63,340 nucleotides of DNA, filler included, from Octopus bimaculoides (GCF_001194135.2; 4 parts of 4 records of this genome joined end to end with filler, not necessarily neighbours in it), one strand, 5' to 3'; positions 52,450 to 63,340 are shown, counted from the whole stretch's first letter. Made by a program: numbers and translations. The notes: generated by a model from the letters alone, not told the origin.

Positions 52450-52750
52450 TTTATTTTTTAATAGAAGTAACAAATATTCACTGATCTTCAGCTTTATGTT
52501 AACATCAGCTGGGCAGTTAATTTCCACAGCTGTGCACAAGTTCTCTTCTCTATCCCAAATCCTTATATCAGGTCTGTTGTGCTTACATTTTATTGAGGTT
52601 TTCACTGGGACATTCCACCAGTACTCCATTTTTTATGAGTGGCTATGACCTCTACCATATTGTGGGTTCTTATTTCTTTGTCTTCGGGGTTATCGGATTT
52701 CATTATAGAGCGTCCTAGCTACAACATCATGTCTCACTGGGAGATAATAC
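52450..52750 (-). mobile_element. R4/Dong-like RLE fragment
   Basis: EYWWNVPVKTSIKCKHNRPDIRIWD...AVEINCPADVNI (PD..E restriction-like endonuclease motif). Confidence 0.7.
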
Positions 52751-52779
52751 CGTGTGACATTTTCGGACGACTCCACAGG

Positions 52780-52910
52780 AAAACAAACGCCAAAGACTAT
52801 GTAATTTGATCCGTGCACAAATCTATCTGAAGAAGATCTCAAGCTTAGTCGGAGTATCTTTACGCACAGTTTATAACGTCAGGAAGAGAATGGACATGCG
52901 CAACGGCATA
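52780..52910 (+). mobile_element. Possible Tc1-like transposase HTH remnant
   Basis: KRQRLCNLIRAQ...ISSLVGVSLRTVYNVRKR has an HTH-like pattern. Confidence 0.4.
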
Positions 52911-53652
52911 TACACTCAAATAATATTACCATCCAGTGAAGCGAACGTGAAATTACCCATTGGAGGACTCCTAATAGTCATAAGTGTTAAAGTGTTAAAT
53001 ACTAATCAATGCGGTTAGTTGCAATCTGGAACATAACTGAGAACTACTACAGGATCCGCCTGGGTAATATATTCCTCTAAATTAACATGAATACATACAT
53101 ATACACACATGCATACATAGATACATACATACACACACACATACATATATATATATATGTATGTATGTGTGCGTTTGTGTCTGCGTGCGTGTGCGTGCGT
53201 GTGTGAGTGTGTGTGTGTGTGTGTGAGTGTGTGTGTGTNNNNNNNNNNNNNNNNNNNNNNNNNNNNNNNNNNNNNNNNNNNNNNNNNNNNNNNNNNNNNN
53301 NNNNNNNNNNNNNNNNNNNNNNNNNNNNNNNNNNNNNNNNNNNNNNNNNNNNNNNNNNNNNNNNNNNNNNNNNNNNNNNNNNNNNNNNNNNNNNNNNNNN
53401 NNNNNNNNNNNNNNNNNNNNNNNNNNNNNNNNNNNNNNNNNNNNNNNNNNNNNNNNNNNNNNNNNNNNNNNNNNNNNNNNNNNNNNNNNNNNNNNNNNNN
53501 NNNNNNNNNNNNNNNNNNNNNNNNNNNNNNNNNNNNNNNNNNNNNNNNNNNNNNNNNNNNNNNNNNNNNNNNNNNNNNNNNNNNNNNNNNNNNNNNNNNN
53601 NNNNNNNNNNNNNNNNNNNNNNNNNNNNNNNNNNNNNNNNNNNNNNNNNNNN

Positions 53653-53879
53653 GAAAATAGATGTGAGATATGCAGGGATATTGTATTTGTAAATCCATTG
53701 TTTAGGCAGAATGATATACATATAAGATTCTGCCTAAATAATGGATTTACAAATGCAATGACGAATTTTATATACTGTTGGATTTTACTCATAAGGTATT
53801 GGAATCTTATATGTATACCATTCTGCCTAAACAATGGATTTACAAATACAATATCCCTGCATATCTCACATCTATTTTC
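53653..53879. repeat. Long inverted repeat (78-bp arms, 1 mismatch) with a nested 33-bp hairpin
   Basis: 53653-53730 is the reverse complement of 53802-53879 except at one base. Both strands therefore translate ENRCEICRDIVFVNPLFRQN. Confidence 0.95.
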
Positions 53880-53948
53880 GTTCCTCCATTTCACTCTCTA
53901 TTTTCTGTCTTATCTAAATTAACTATTGCTTAAGCATCCTCTCACACC

Positions 53949-53996
53949 GTCTCCGATGAAGGGATATAATAAATATCCTAGAAACAGTTGTAAGAC
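53949..53996 (+). ncRNA. Candidate minimal type I hammerhead ribozyme (HHR-2), U4C core variant
   Basis: Helix I GTCT/AGAC, core CCGATGA, helix II GGGATAT/ATATCCT, GAAAC, helix III ACAGTTGT, triplet GTA (A53992). Confidence 0.6.
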
Positions 53997-54331
53997 CTTC
54001 TATTTATAAATGTTATAAAATATACACAGCCTTGGTTTTTTTTTATCTCATTACGAATAGTAAATCCTTATATATACACGCTGATATATGACCTACGTTG
54101 GACCCCTTATTCGCATAATCACCGAACCTGGAGCTTAACTATGGTCTATCCATAACACTTACTCAGCATTACCTGAAACTCCGAGTTTCGTTGACACCAC
54201 TACCGCTCATAACCTATATATACACACACACACACACACACATGCATATGTACATGATTTTTCAGTCTGCGGAGAAATGGCTAGAATTTGCCCTGTTTAT
54301 ACCATATGTTACATAACTCTCTCTATATCTG

Positions 54332-54366
<35 letters not shown>

Positions 54367-54915
54367 NNNNNNNNNNNNNNNNNNNNNNNNNNNNNNNNNN
54401 NNNNNNNNNNNNNNNNNNNNNNNNNNNNNNNNNNNNNNNNNNNNNNNNNNNNNNNNNNNNNNNNNNNNNNNNNNNNNNNNNNNNNNNNNNNNNNNNNNNN
54501 NNNNNNNNNNNNNNNNNNNNNNNNNNNNNNNNNNNNNNNNNNNNNNNNNNNNNNNNNNNNNNNNNNNNNNNNNNNNNNNNNNNNNNNNNNNNNNNNNNNN
54601 NNNNNNNNNNNNNNNNNNNNNNNNNNNNNNNNNNNNNNNNNNNNNNNNNNNNNNNNNNNNNNNNNNNNNNNNNNNNNNNNNNNNNNNNNNNNNNNNNNNN
54701 NNNNNNNNNNNNNNNNNNNNNNNNNNNNNNNNNNNNNNNNNNNNNNNNNNNNNNNNNNNNNNNNNNNNNNNNNNNNNNNNNNNNNNNNNNNNNNNNNNNN
54801 NNNNNNNNNNNNNNNNNNNNNNNNNNNNNNNNNNNNNNNNNNNNNNNNNNNNNNNNNNNNNNNNCTCGTTAAAAGCTAACGAGATTCTAAAGACTCGTGT
54901 TTTGTTCGAATGGTA

Positions 54916-55001
54916 ACCACTCCTGAAGAAGTGCCAAATGTCTAAATCCAATGGACCAGTCACTGGATAAGTTTGGCACAGAAATGTTAACATAGAGTGG
55001 T
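54916..55001 (+). ncRNA. Minimal type I hammerhead ribozyme (HHR-3)
   Basis: Helix I ACCACTC/GAGTGGT (7 bp), core CTGAAGA, helix II GTGCCAAA/TTTGGCAC (8 bp), GAAA, palindromic helix III ATGTTAACAT, triplet ATA (A54994). AATAAA lies immediately downstream. Confidence 0.8.
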
Positions 55002-55224
55002 GAATAAATCGATATATCGAATTTGAAGTCTCTGTCTCTTTTGAATATGAAAATTTAAAAGTTTAAAAACCTTATAATATAAATATAAACTGTGAGAACG
55101 ACCCTTAAGGAATCTAGTTAATGATCTCCTAAGGTAAGTTCTTATACTATATTGGTAACGGTTGCTACATCCTCTGGGAAATATATATATATACATATAT
55201 ATATATATAACAATGATATGGTGG

Positions 55225-57485
55225 TGGGGATGATAGGATGGATTGGTGATATGTTCGATAATGATCATTTTGCAAATTTTTCTGAAATCGTTTGAAGTAA
55301 ACTGAATTCCATTATCTGACACAGTGGTATCTGGAATATCTGGCGAATACTTCGTGTAAAAAGTTTATTGTAAGCGTAGAAATTGGCTTTTTACATTTAT
55401 GCACTTCGGTCACTTTGAAAAACTATCCACCATGCCAAGGTAATATGATCCCCTGAGTGGACATGCGTAATCGACATACGATCTGGCCCATGGAACATCT
55501 GTTTTTGGCCATGGTTGCCATTTAGTGGTAGTTGCTTTTGCAGCTAAGGTACAACCTCTGCATGCTTTCACCGCTTCTTCAATGTTACGGTCTATTGTTG
55601 GCTTGTATACGTAACCTCTCATTAATGATTTCATTCTCGAAATCCCTGGGTGACCAATGCGAAATTCCTTTAATAATCGGTTTTGTAGTGTAGCTGGCAC
55701 TACGACTTTTTGTGCATACATCAACACATTGTCACACAGTGAGAAATGGTTCACATTTGTGTTGCGCATATTTTTATCACTTTTAGCCTGCAACATTTCT
55801 TTCATTTTTATAATGAATTTATCGTTTTCCGATTTGGATTTTGTGTCTGGTAAAGTAACTGACAGTTCACGAATGATGTTACACAAAACATTTTTAATTT
55901 CATTTTCTGCTCGCACAACAGCACTCACGGTATCTTCAAATGGTTCCACATTATTCCAAATCAGCCTTAAAAGACAATCCGCACAGCCTGATTTCTTGGA
56001 TGGTATATATTTCATCTTGAAATCATAATTTAATGATATCATACACGAGTGTTGTAACCTATTAGCAGTATGGGTAGGAATTCCTTTTTTCGACACAAAT
56101 ATTGATATAATAGACGGTGATCAGACTGTAGTCAAAAACTTTTGCCGTGTAAAAATCTGTGAAATATTTTCATGGCAAAAATGATTGCTAGAGCTTCTTT
56201 TTCGAGTTGACTATAATTTTTCTCTGCTGGTATCAGAGAACGTGAGGCATAAACCACTGCCTTCATGTTACCATCTTTTATTTATGTAGCATTACTGCTC
56301 ATATACCATACTCAGAAGTGTCTGAAGCTGCAACAATCTCCACTCCAGGATCGAAGTGTGCTAGCGACAAAGCAGATATTAATATATTTCTTATTTCATC
56401 AAATGCCTTTTGGCAATTTTCCGACCAGTTGCATTTCAACATATCTTTTTTCAGCAGCTTATTCAGTGGAACTCTTACCTTATGCATTTTTAGAATATAA
56501 TTTTGGTAATAATTTACCAGTCCTAAAAATGCTTGTAAAGTCGCTATATTAGTCGGAGGCATATTTTTAATTGCGGCTGATCTCAATAGGTCTGGTTGAC
56601 ATCCACTTCTCTCAATAATTTGTCCTAAATATCTTATCTCCGGTAAGAAAAATTCACACTTTTCTTCACTTAACATAAGCCATAATCCCTAATTTTTCGA
56701 ACACATATTTTACGTGCTCTATATGTTGATCCCTGGATTTGCTTTTAATGAGTATATTATCCAGATATGGAATTGCGAATTCACAGTCTGCTAACATTGC
56801 ACCCATAAACTGTTGAAAAATCGCTGGTGCGACTTTTAAGCCAAATGGTAATCTATTGTATTTATACAGTCCTTTATGTGCGTTAATTGTTAGGTATTTA
56901 GAGCATTCATTGTCTACTCTAATTTGTAGGTACGCGTCAAAGAGATTCAATTAAAAAAATATCTTGCCACCGTTTAATTTCGCAAAAATATCCTTCGGAG
57001 TAGGTAGCGAATAGTGGCCGGTTTTAAGACATTCATTTAAAACAGTAGAAAAATCAGCACACACTCTGATTTTATTATTCTTTTTCTTAATGTACACAGT
57101 TGGTACTACCCTTTTAGAATAATTCTCTTTTCGGATAACTCCAATTTTTTCTAGTTTCTCTAACTCTAAGTTAGTCTGTTCTAACAGCGCGAACGGTACA
57201 GTTCGTTTTTGTTTAACGATGTTTTCTTGTATTTGAAACCGTGCCTTCGTTTTGGTGCGCAGACCTAATTTATCGGACAGATCTTCAGGGAAAATGTTTT
57301 AAAATTCTTTTCAATTCGTTTGACGGCTTATTTGTACTGGAGGGAAAACCATTTACATTTTTACAGAAAAGATTTATTTGAGGTCCCATAAATTAAACAA
57401 TTCCATCCAGTTAGGACCGAACAAGGTTGTTGTATTAGCTAAACAAATTTTTTGTATTATCTAATACAAAAATTTAGCCTTTAGG
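55225..57485 (-). mobile_element. Ty3/gypsy host family copy C (PR-RT-RH-IN, decayed)
   Basis: RT YLQIRVD...LPFGLKVAPAIFQ...YLDNI, FLGLVNYY, ASDTSEYGI, integrase zinc finger GHPGISRMKSL...CRGC, and core VSDNGIQFTS...PSYHP. Clearly related to copies A and B. Confidence 0.9.
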
Positions 57486-57489
57486 AGAG

Positions 57490-58938
57490 TGGGTTATATA
57501 TCTTTGGATATACACCTAACTTTCCTATATTAAATTGGAAGAGAACTGAACGTAGAAACTCCAAACTGATCAACAACAAATATTTATTGTTCGGTGGAAA
57601 ATAAAACAGCTTCTAATTGTCCGGTTTTAGAGTAGCCTGAAATGTAGATGTACGGTTCTTCGAGCTGGTGTCGTTATAGAGACAACTTGGTTCAACCACA
57701 CTCAAATGGGAGAGCTTGCTTAGACGTCTTGCTTGGTCGCTGTCTGGCTTGGTAAGAGACAGTCTAATAGCGGGAACGCTTCGATGTTGAAGCCCACGCA
57801 TGCGTGGTTAAGGATTCAGCAATGGCGTCGGCCTTTTGGCGCCAATGTGACGTCACCACAATGGCTCCCCCTTGAGTGTGGAACACGAAATTAAAAAATT
57901 TTGGAGGGACGTCTGAGGCGAGATGGCCACCGAAACCACGCAGAAAATGCGGCACAAATATATATCAAACACTCGGTTTTATCTTCACTGTAGAGTGGAA
58001 CATCCCCTCACGAAATATAGCAAGAGCCAACCGACTAAGATACCTAGTACCAGGCAACAGGTCGAAACTGGCATCGCTGGTCAACCACAGCTCCGCAACT
58101 GACCACAACCTCCCGCGTATGGACATACTATAGTCTTGTGTAACTCTTTACGAACCGGATACATAGTTTTTTTTTTCTGAATGGAAGAAAAATGTTCAAT
58201 AAAAAAAACTGAAATTGTCCAGTAAAAACAATAAATTAAACGTAAATAGTTTTTTCCAATTTCTTGGGCCAATGCACCGTCCTGCCAAACCTAGTGACAT
58301 AAGGTTCGCTAGGGTTCCTTTTCAACGACGAAGGTGGTGTAATCGTTGGTGTGTGTGATTATGATGGTGCTGATGTTGGTGTATGCATTGGTAAAGGCGT
58401 TGACAATGTGTGTGGTGATAGTGGTGTGTGCGGCATTTGAAACACGGGCACGTCGTCCACGGGAGTTGAAGGTTTGTCAAGATACGCTCTTTTTAGACGG
58501 TCGACAGACACAATTTCTGTACGACCATTAGCGTCGACCTTGAAAAACTTTGGAGTGCGAGAAAGCACACGATAGGGTCCTTTGTAAGGAGAAACAAGGG
58601 GTCCTTTGACAGAATCATCCCTAATAAACACATGAGACCAAGACTCAATGTCTGCTAGCACTCTAAAGGGAGGTGACTGTTGTCTGGGGGCCCATAGATG
58701 GAAGATTGGAGAAATACTCTCGCAACCGAGTAACATAGGACTCTGGGTGTGGTGGTTGTGATGAGTCTGGTACCACCATCGCACCTGGCAACGTCAACGT
58801 GGTGCTGTAAAGAAGCTCCGCCGAGGAGTAACCCAGGTCAGCTTTTACCGCAGTCCGGCATCCAAGGAGGACAACCGGAAGAATTTCAACCCAAAACTGC
58901 GGGTTGGGCGAGGCGCGCGAGGCGGCCTTAAGTTGTCG
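57490..58938 (-). mobile_element. 3' part of a second CsRn1-like gypsy element (integrase C-terminus, PPT, 3' LTR ~57490-57860)
   Basis: The peptide RDDSVKGPLVSPYKGPY...VSVDRLKRAYLD is nearly identical to that of the 46-51 kb element. PPT AAGGGGGAGCC precedes TGTGGTGAC. The LTR contains AATAAA and ends ACCCA. It is cut by the spacer at 58939. Confidence 0.8.
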
Positions 58939-59038
58939 NNNNNNNNNNNNNNNNNNNNNNNNNNNNNNNNNNNNNNNNNNNNTTAATTAATTAANNNNNN
59001 NNNNNNNNNNNNNNNNNNNNNNNNNNNNNNNNNNNNNN
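58939..59038. other. Artificial scaffold-join spacer (44 N + TTAATTAATTAA + 44 N)
   Basis: Same 100-bp layout as the other two. Confidence 0.95.
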
Positions 59039-59076
<38 letters not shown>

Positions 59077-59499
59077 TCACACATGCATACGTATATAGAT
59101 ATGTATATAGATATGTACACACACGTATATGTGTATATATATGTATGTATATACATATATATGTATGTATGTATATACATGCGTGTATGCGTGTACGTAT
59201 AAACACTCACAGATAAACACACGCTCAAACACACACACACACACATAGACATTAACACAAAACTGGACACCGGCACAGATTCCATCTTCCAAATATCATT
59301 TCACTAACAAACCATTTGAATGCGAACCGGCTCGAAACCAAAGCAGACGATTCCTGCCGCAGCATCAATTGCCAAACGAGCCCTAAAGTTTCAAAATGAA
59401 TTCTTCATTTGTGCTGCCATCAATTCACCCATTTCCTTTCCTCCAACCAACTTTGGTGGGCGTTAATCCAAGCTCTTACTCAACAGCAATGTATTGCTT

Positions 59500-59680
59500 A
59501 GTCTTCTTCTTCTTCTTCTTCTTCTTCTTCTTCTTCTTCTTCTTCTTCTTCTCCTTCCTTTCTTCTCTCCTTCCTCCTCCTCCTCTTTCACCTTCTTCCC
59601 TTTCCTCTTCACCTCCTATTTCTTGTCCGTCTTCTTCATTTCCTCTCCTTTTTCGTCATCTTCCGGTTGTGGTTGCTTCT

Positions 59681-59714
<34 letters not shown>

Positions 59715-59869
59715 GACTGCTGCTGCTGCTACTCCTGCTGCTACTACTACTACTACTACTTGTTCATCGCTTTCTTCACTTTTTCCTCCTCCATCTTTTC
59801 GTTCTCTTTCTTTTTCCACTTCCCCCTCCTCCTCATCCACTTCCCCCTCCTCCTCCTCCACGTCCCCTC
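59500..59869. repeat. Compound trinucleotide/pyrimidine-rich low-complexity tract (CTT, CTA, CTG, CCT)
   Basis: Directly visible. Confidence 0.9.
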
Positions 59870-60849
59870 NNNNNNNNNNNNNNNNNNNNNNNNNNNNNNN
59901 NNNNNNNNNNNNNNNNNNNNNNNNNNNNNNNNNNNNNNNNNNNNNNNNNNNNNNNNNNNNNNNNNNNNNNNNNNNNNNNNNNNNNNNNNNNNNNNNNNNN
60001 NNNNNNNNNNNNNNNNNNNNNNNNNNNNNNNNNNNNNNNNNNNNNNNNNNNNNNNNNNNNNNNNNNNNNNNNNNNNNNNNNNNNNNNNNNNNNNNNNNNN
60101 NNNNNNNNNNNNNNNNNNNNNNNNNNNNNNNNNNNNNNNNNNNNNNNNNNNNNNNNNNNNNNNNNNNNNNNNNNNNNNNNNNNNNNNNNNNNNNNNNNNN
60201 NNNNNNNNNNNNNNNNNNNNNNNNNNNNNNNNNNNNNNNNNNNNNNNNNNNNNNNNNNNNNNNNNNNNNNNNNNNNNNNNNNNNNNNNNNNNNNNNNNNN
60301 NNNNNNNNNNNNNNNNNNNNNNNNNNNNNNNNNNNNNNNNNNNNNNNNNNNNNNNNNNNNNNNNNNNNNNNNNNNNNNNNNNNNNNNNNNNNNNNNNNNN
60401 NNNNNNNNNNNNNNNNNNNNNNNNNNNNNNNNNNNNNNNNNNTATATATATATATATATATATATATGTGTACCATACTTGTACATACATCTCTCTATAT
60501 ATAAATATATATATGAATGCATATATATGTGTGTGTGTATATATATATGTGTATATATATATGGATGTATATATGTATATATATGTATAAATATAGATAT
60601 ATATATATATGTAAATATATGCATACCTACATACATACACACACACACAGACATATATATATATATATGTGTATATATACATCTGTATGTTTTGTGTTTG
60701 TGTGTGTGTGTGTGTATGTGTGTGTTCCTGATGTTTTTTAGCAAAAAAACCTCCACCCTTCCAACTCTATTGAAGTTGCAACACGTCATGGATATTGCGT
60801 ATTGTTGGTTGGGTTACTTTGGAAAGGGTAAATATGTCGCTGAATAATC

Positions 60850-61140
60850 GGTGGGTTGGGCGGTTGGACGGTTGGACGGCTAGTCATTTGGTTGGATGGT
60901 TGGCTGGTCGTTCGGTCAGTCAGATGGTCGGTTGGTTGGCTGATTGGTTAGTTGCTTGCTGGTTGATTGGTCGGTCGATCAGTTGGTTGGTTACCTGGTT
61001 GGCTGTTTGACTGGTTGCTTGTCTGACTGGTTGGCTAGCTTTTTGGCTGGTTGCTTGACTACTTGGCATGTTGGTTGGTTACTTGCTTGGCTGGGTGGCT
61101 GGATGGGTGGATGGCTGGCTGGCTGGCTGGCTGGCTGGTT
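60850..61140. repeat. Diverged (GGTT)/(GGCT)n tetranucleotide array
   Basis: Directly visible period-4 G/T-rich tract. Confidence 0.9.
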
Positions 61141-61168
61141 TGTCAGTTGTTTGGCCTCGTACAAAAAT

Positions 61169-61522
61169 TATCATCATCATCTTCATCATTGAATACTTCG
61201 ATCATGAATGACCTTGGGGTTGCACCTAGAAAGTTTCCCTCCGAGGCACATGTCCAGGCAAGGTTGTTTTTATGGAAGGCCAACAGTCGCCCATGCATAC
61301 CAACCTCCCCTCTTTCACGCCATCAATGTTATCCAAGGGAAAGGCAAAGGAGCCGATACAGCTTGGCCCCAGTGACTTCGTAACTCATTTCTACAGCTGA
61401 GTAAACTGGAGCAACGTGAAATAAAGTGTCTTGCTCAAGAACGCAACACACAGACCGGTCTAGGAATCAAACTCATTGCCTCAGATTGTTAACCCGATTC
61501 TCTAACCACTGAGCCATGCGCC
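61169..61522 (-). mobile_element. tRNA-derived SINE, family 2, with (CAT)n tail
   Basis: The minus strand starts GGCGCATGGCTCAGTGGTTAGA (A-box), with a B-box-like GAGTTTGATTCC and core TTGAGCAAGACACTTTATTTCACGTTGCTCCAG. Confidence 0.85.
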
Positions 61523-61926
61523 GGAATATATTAAACTGGGTCTTTATTCATTTTGCAACTTATAAAAAAGAAAAATAATAAATATACAGAATTATAAAAT
61601 AAAAATCGCCCCATTTCTTTCCGCCATCAAAAACAAGTAAAGAACAGAAAACAAACAGGAAAAAAAAAAACAAAAAAAAAACATTAAAGCCAGATGTATA
61701 TCAATTCAATAAAACGTCTTCAAGGAAATAGTTTTATCAAAATCTCAAGCAAATTTAATAATCCGTGATGTGATGTATTTGTCTACTACAGCTAATTTAC
61801 ATTGTGTTCGGTGTTTGTTAGATCTTTCAACATTTCAATTTACATGGGTTAAGGTGTTTATAAACAGATGTTTGTGTATGCACACACATACATACACACA
61901 CACACACACACACACGCGCATACAAT

Positions 61927-62066
<140 letters not shown>

Positions 62067-62145
62067 CACACACAAACATATATACATTCATACATACATA
62101 CATGCGTAGATACATGCATACGTATAAATTTATGTGTGTGTGTAT

Positions 62146-62316
62146 GGCGTGGCTGTATGGTAAGAAGTTTGCTTCCCAACTACATGGTTCCGAGTTCAGT
62201 TCCATTGCGTGGCACCTTGGGCAAGTGTCTTCTACTATAGCGTCGGGCTGACCAAAGCCTTGTGGGTGGATTTGGTAGACAGAAACTGAAACAAGCCCGT
62301 CGTATATATATATATA
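62146..62316 (+). mobile_element. SINE family 1, 5' half, ending in the internal (TA)n
   Basis: GGCGTGGCTGTATGGTAAG...GGTTCCGAGTTCAGTTCC...GGCACCTTGGGCAAGTGTCTTCTACTATAG. Confidence 0.85.
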
Positions 62317-62513
62317 ATGGCTATGTTGTGAACTTCAATAGCTTACAGCTGTTTCTGCTGTAACACCCTATAGCTTCATTGAAGCCTTGAATATGAAATG
62401 CAATCTATTTGGGAAAAAAGAATTACCTTTTTGTAATATATAGGGAAAGCATAACCAGTGAGAAAGTCATTATTGATGTATATAAAATAGTGTATATTCA
62501 AAAGGCAATTATA

Positions 62514-62544
<31 letters not shown>

Positions 62545-62666
62545 ATGTATTGTTGACGTCATAAGGATTTATAAACTTTCTAGAGTAAAGTGGAATTATT
62601 CTTTTGGAATTGGATCTCGAAGTACATATAAAGTTTCAGATAAAAGCATGTAAATATGTGACTATA

Positions 62667-62836
62667 CTGTTGTGTCTGGGGAGAGTCATTTTCTTATTGT
62701 GCCTTAAAATTTAACAAACTCACCGGTAAAATTTCCACTTTTAGGAAAATAAAAAGAAAAATAAGTGGAAATTTTACCGGTGTGTTTGTTAAATTTTAAG
62801 GCACAATAAGAAAATGACTCTCCCCAGACACAACAG
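62667..62836. mobile_element. 170-bp MITE-like palindrome (74-bp arms, 1 mismatch)
   Basis: 62667-62740 is the reverse complement of 62763-62836 except at one base, with a 22-bp spacer. Confidence 0.8.
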
Positions 62837-63340
62837 AATATGCTCCAACACACGAAATCACATAAAAATCTTGCAAACCAAATCCCAAAACGAAATATTT
62901 GACTATAGTTTTTCAAGAACGCCATGTCGTTATACATCAGAGGGACGGAGAGACAGAAAGAAAGACAAAGAGACAGAGGGACAGAGGGACAGAGAAATGG
63001 TAATGAACTTTAGAATTTGACTGGCATTGTATTTGTCGAAGCCTCCTGAACACTTTATCGGCTCCAGAACATTAAAAGTCTAAGCGAAACACGGCGAGAA
63101 GACAGAATTGAAATAATGTAAAGAGTTCTATCCGATGTTTTAACAACTCTGCCAAAGAGCCACCCATTAAATATAGACAAATGCATATGTGTGTGTGTAT
63201 GTGTGTGTGTGTGTTTGTGTACGTGTGTGTGTGCGTATATAATTTATATACACGCCCACGCTAGGATACAAACACAAAGACAAAAGCATATACCTACTTA
63301 CATACGTAAATACATAGATACGCGTACAGACTCAAATATA

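Noticed and set aside
54900-54993. Minus-strand peptide YPVTGPLDLDIW as the missing first half of the MAM domain (TGP..D)
   Set aside because: It lacks the DHT and upstream Cys/Trp pattern and splice signals. The sequence is better explained by the plus-strand hammerhead.
62146-62230. tRNA-like A/B boxes as tRNA genes (also 61440-61522 and 2250-2328)
   Set aside because: They continue into SINE bodies and do not close a full cloverleaf, so they are SINE heads.

Overview
This is AT-rich eukaryotic genomic DNA, most likely from an octopus or other coleoid cephalopod. That assignment is inferred from the SINE and LINE repeat families and the dense microsatellites, not from a database search. 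The window contains four contigs joined by three 100-bp artificial spacers (44 N + TTAATTAATTAA + 44 N), plus four ordinary N gaps. Most of it is repeats: tRNA-derived SINEs, CR1/L2, RTE and R4/Dong LINE fragments, Tc1/mariner remnants, MITEs, a Penelope GIY-YIG remnant and several Ty3/gypsy elements. One CsRn1-like gypsy element is full length and nested in another gypsy element, with its target-site duplication intact. Only one host coding exon is well supported: a symmetric phase-1 exon encoding the C-terminal half of a MAM domain (43772-44110, minus strand). Two candidate first exons are weaker. The most interesting signal, absent from the ORF track, is three candidate minimal type I hammerhead ribozymes on the plus strand (13961-14040, 53949-53996, 54916-55001). 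All three have a self-complementary helix III, as described for Penelope-like elements and retrozymes. Two share an unusual A.A apposition at the base of helix II, and one lies 70 bp downstream of a near-perfect 227-bp palindrome. Most supplied ORFs are microsatellite, gap or decayed-TE artefacts.
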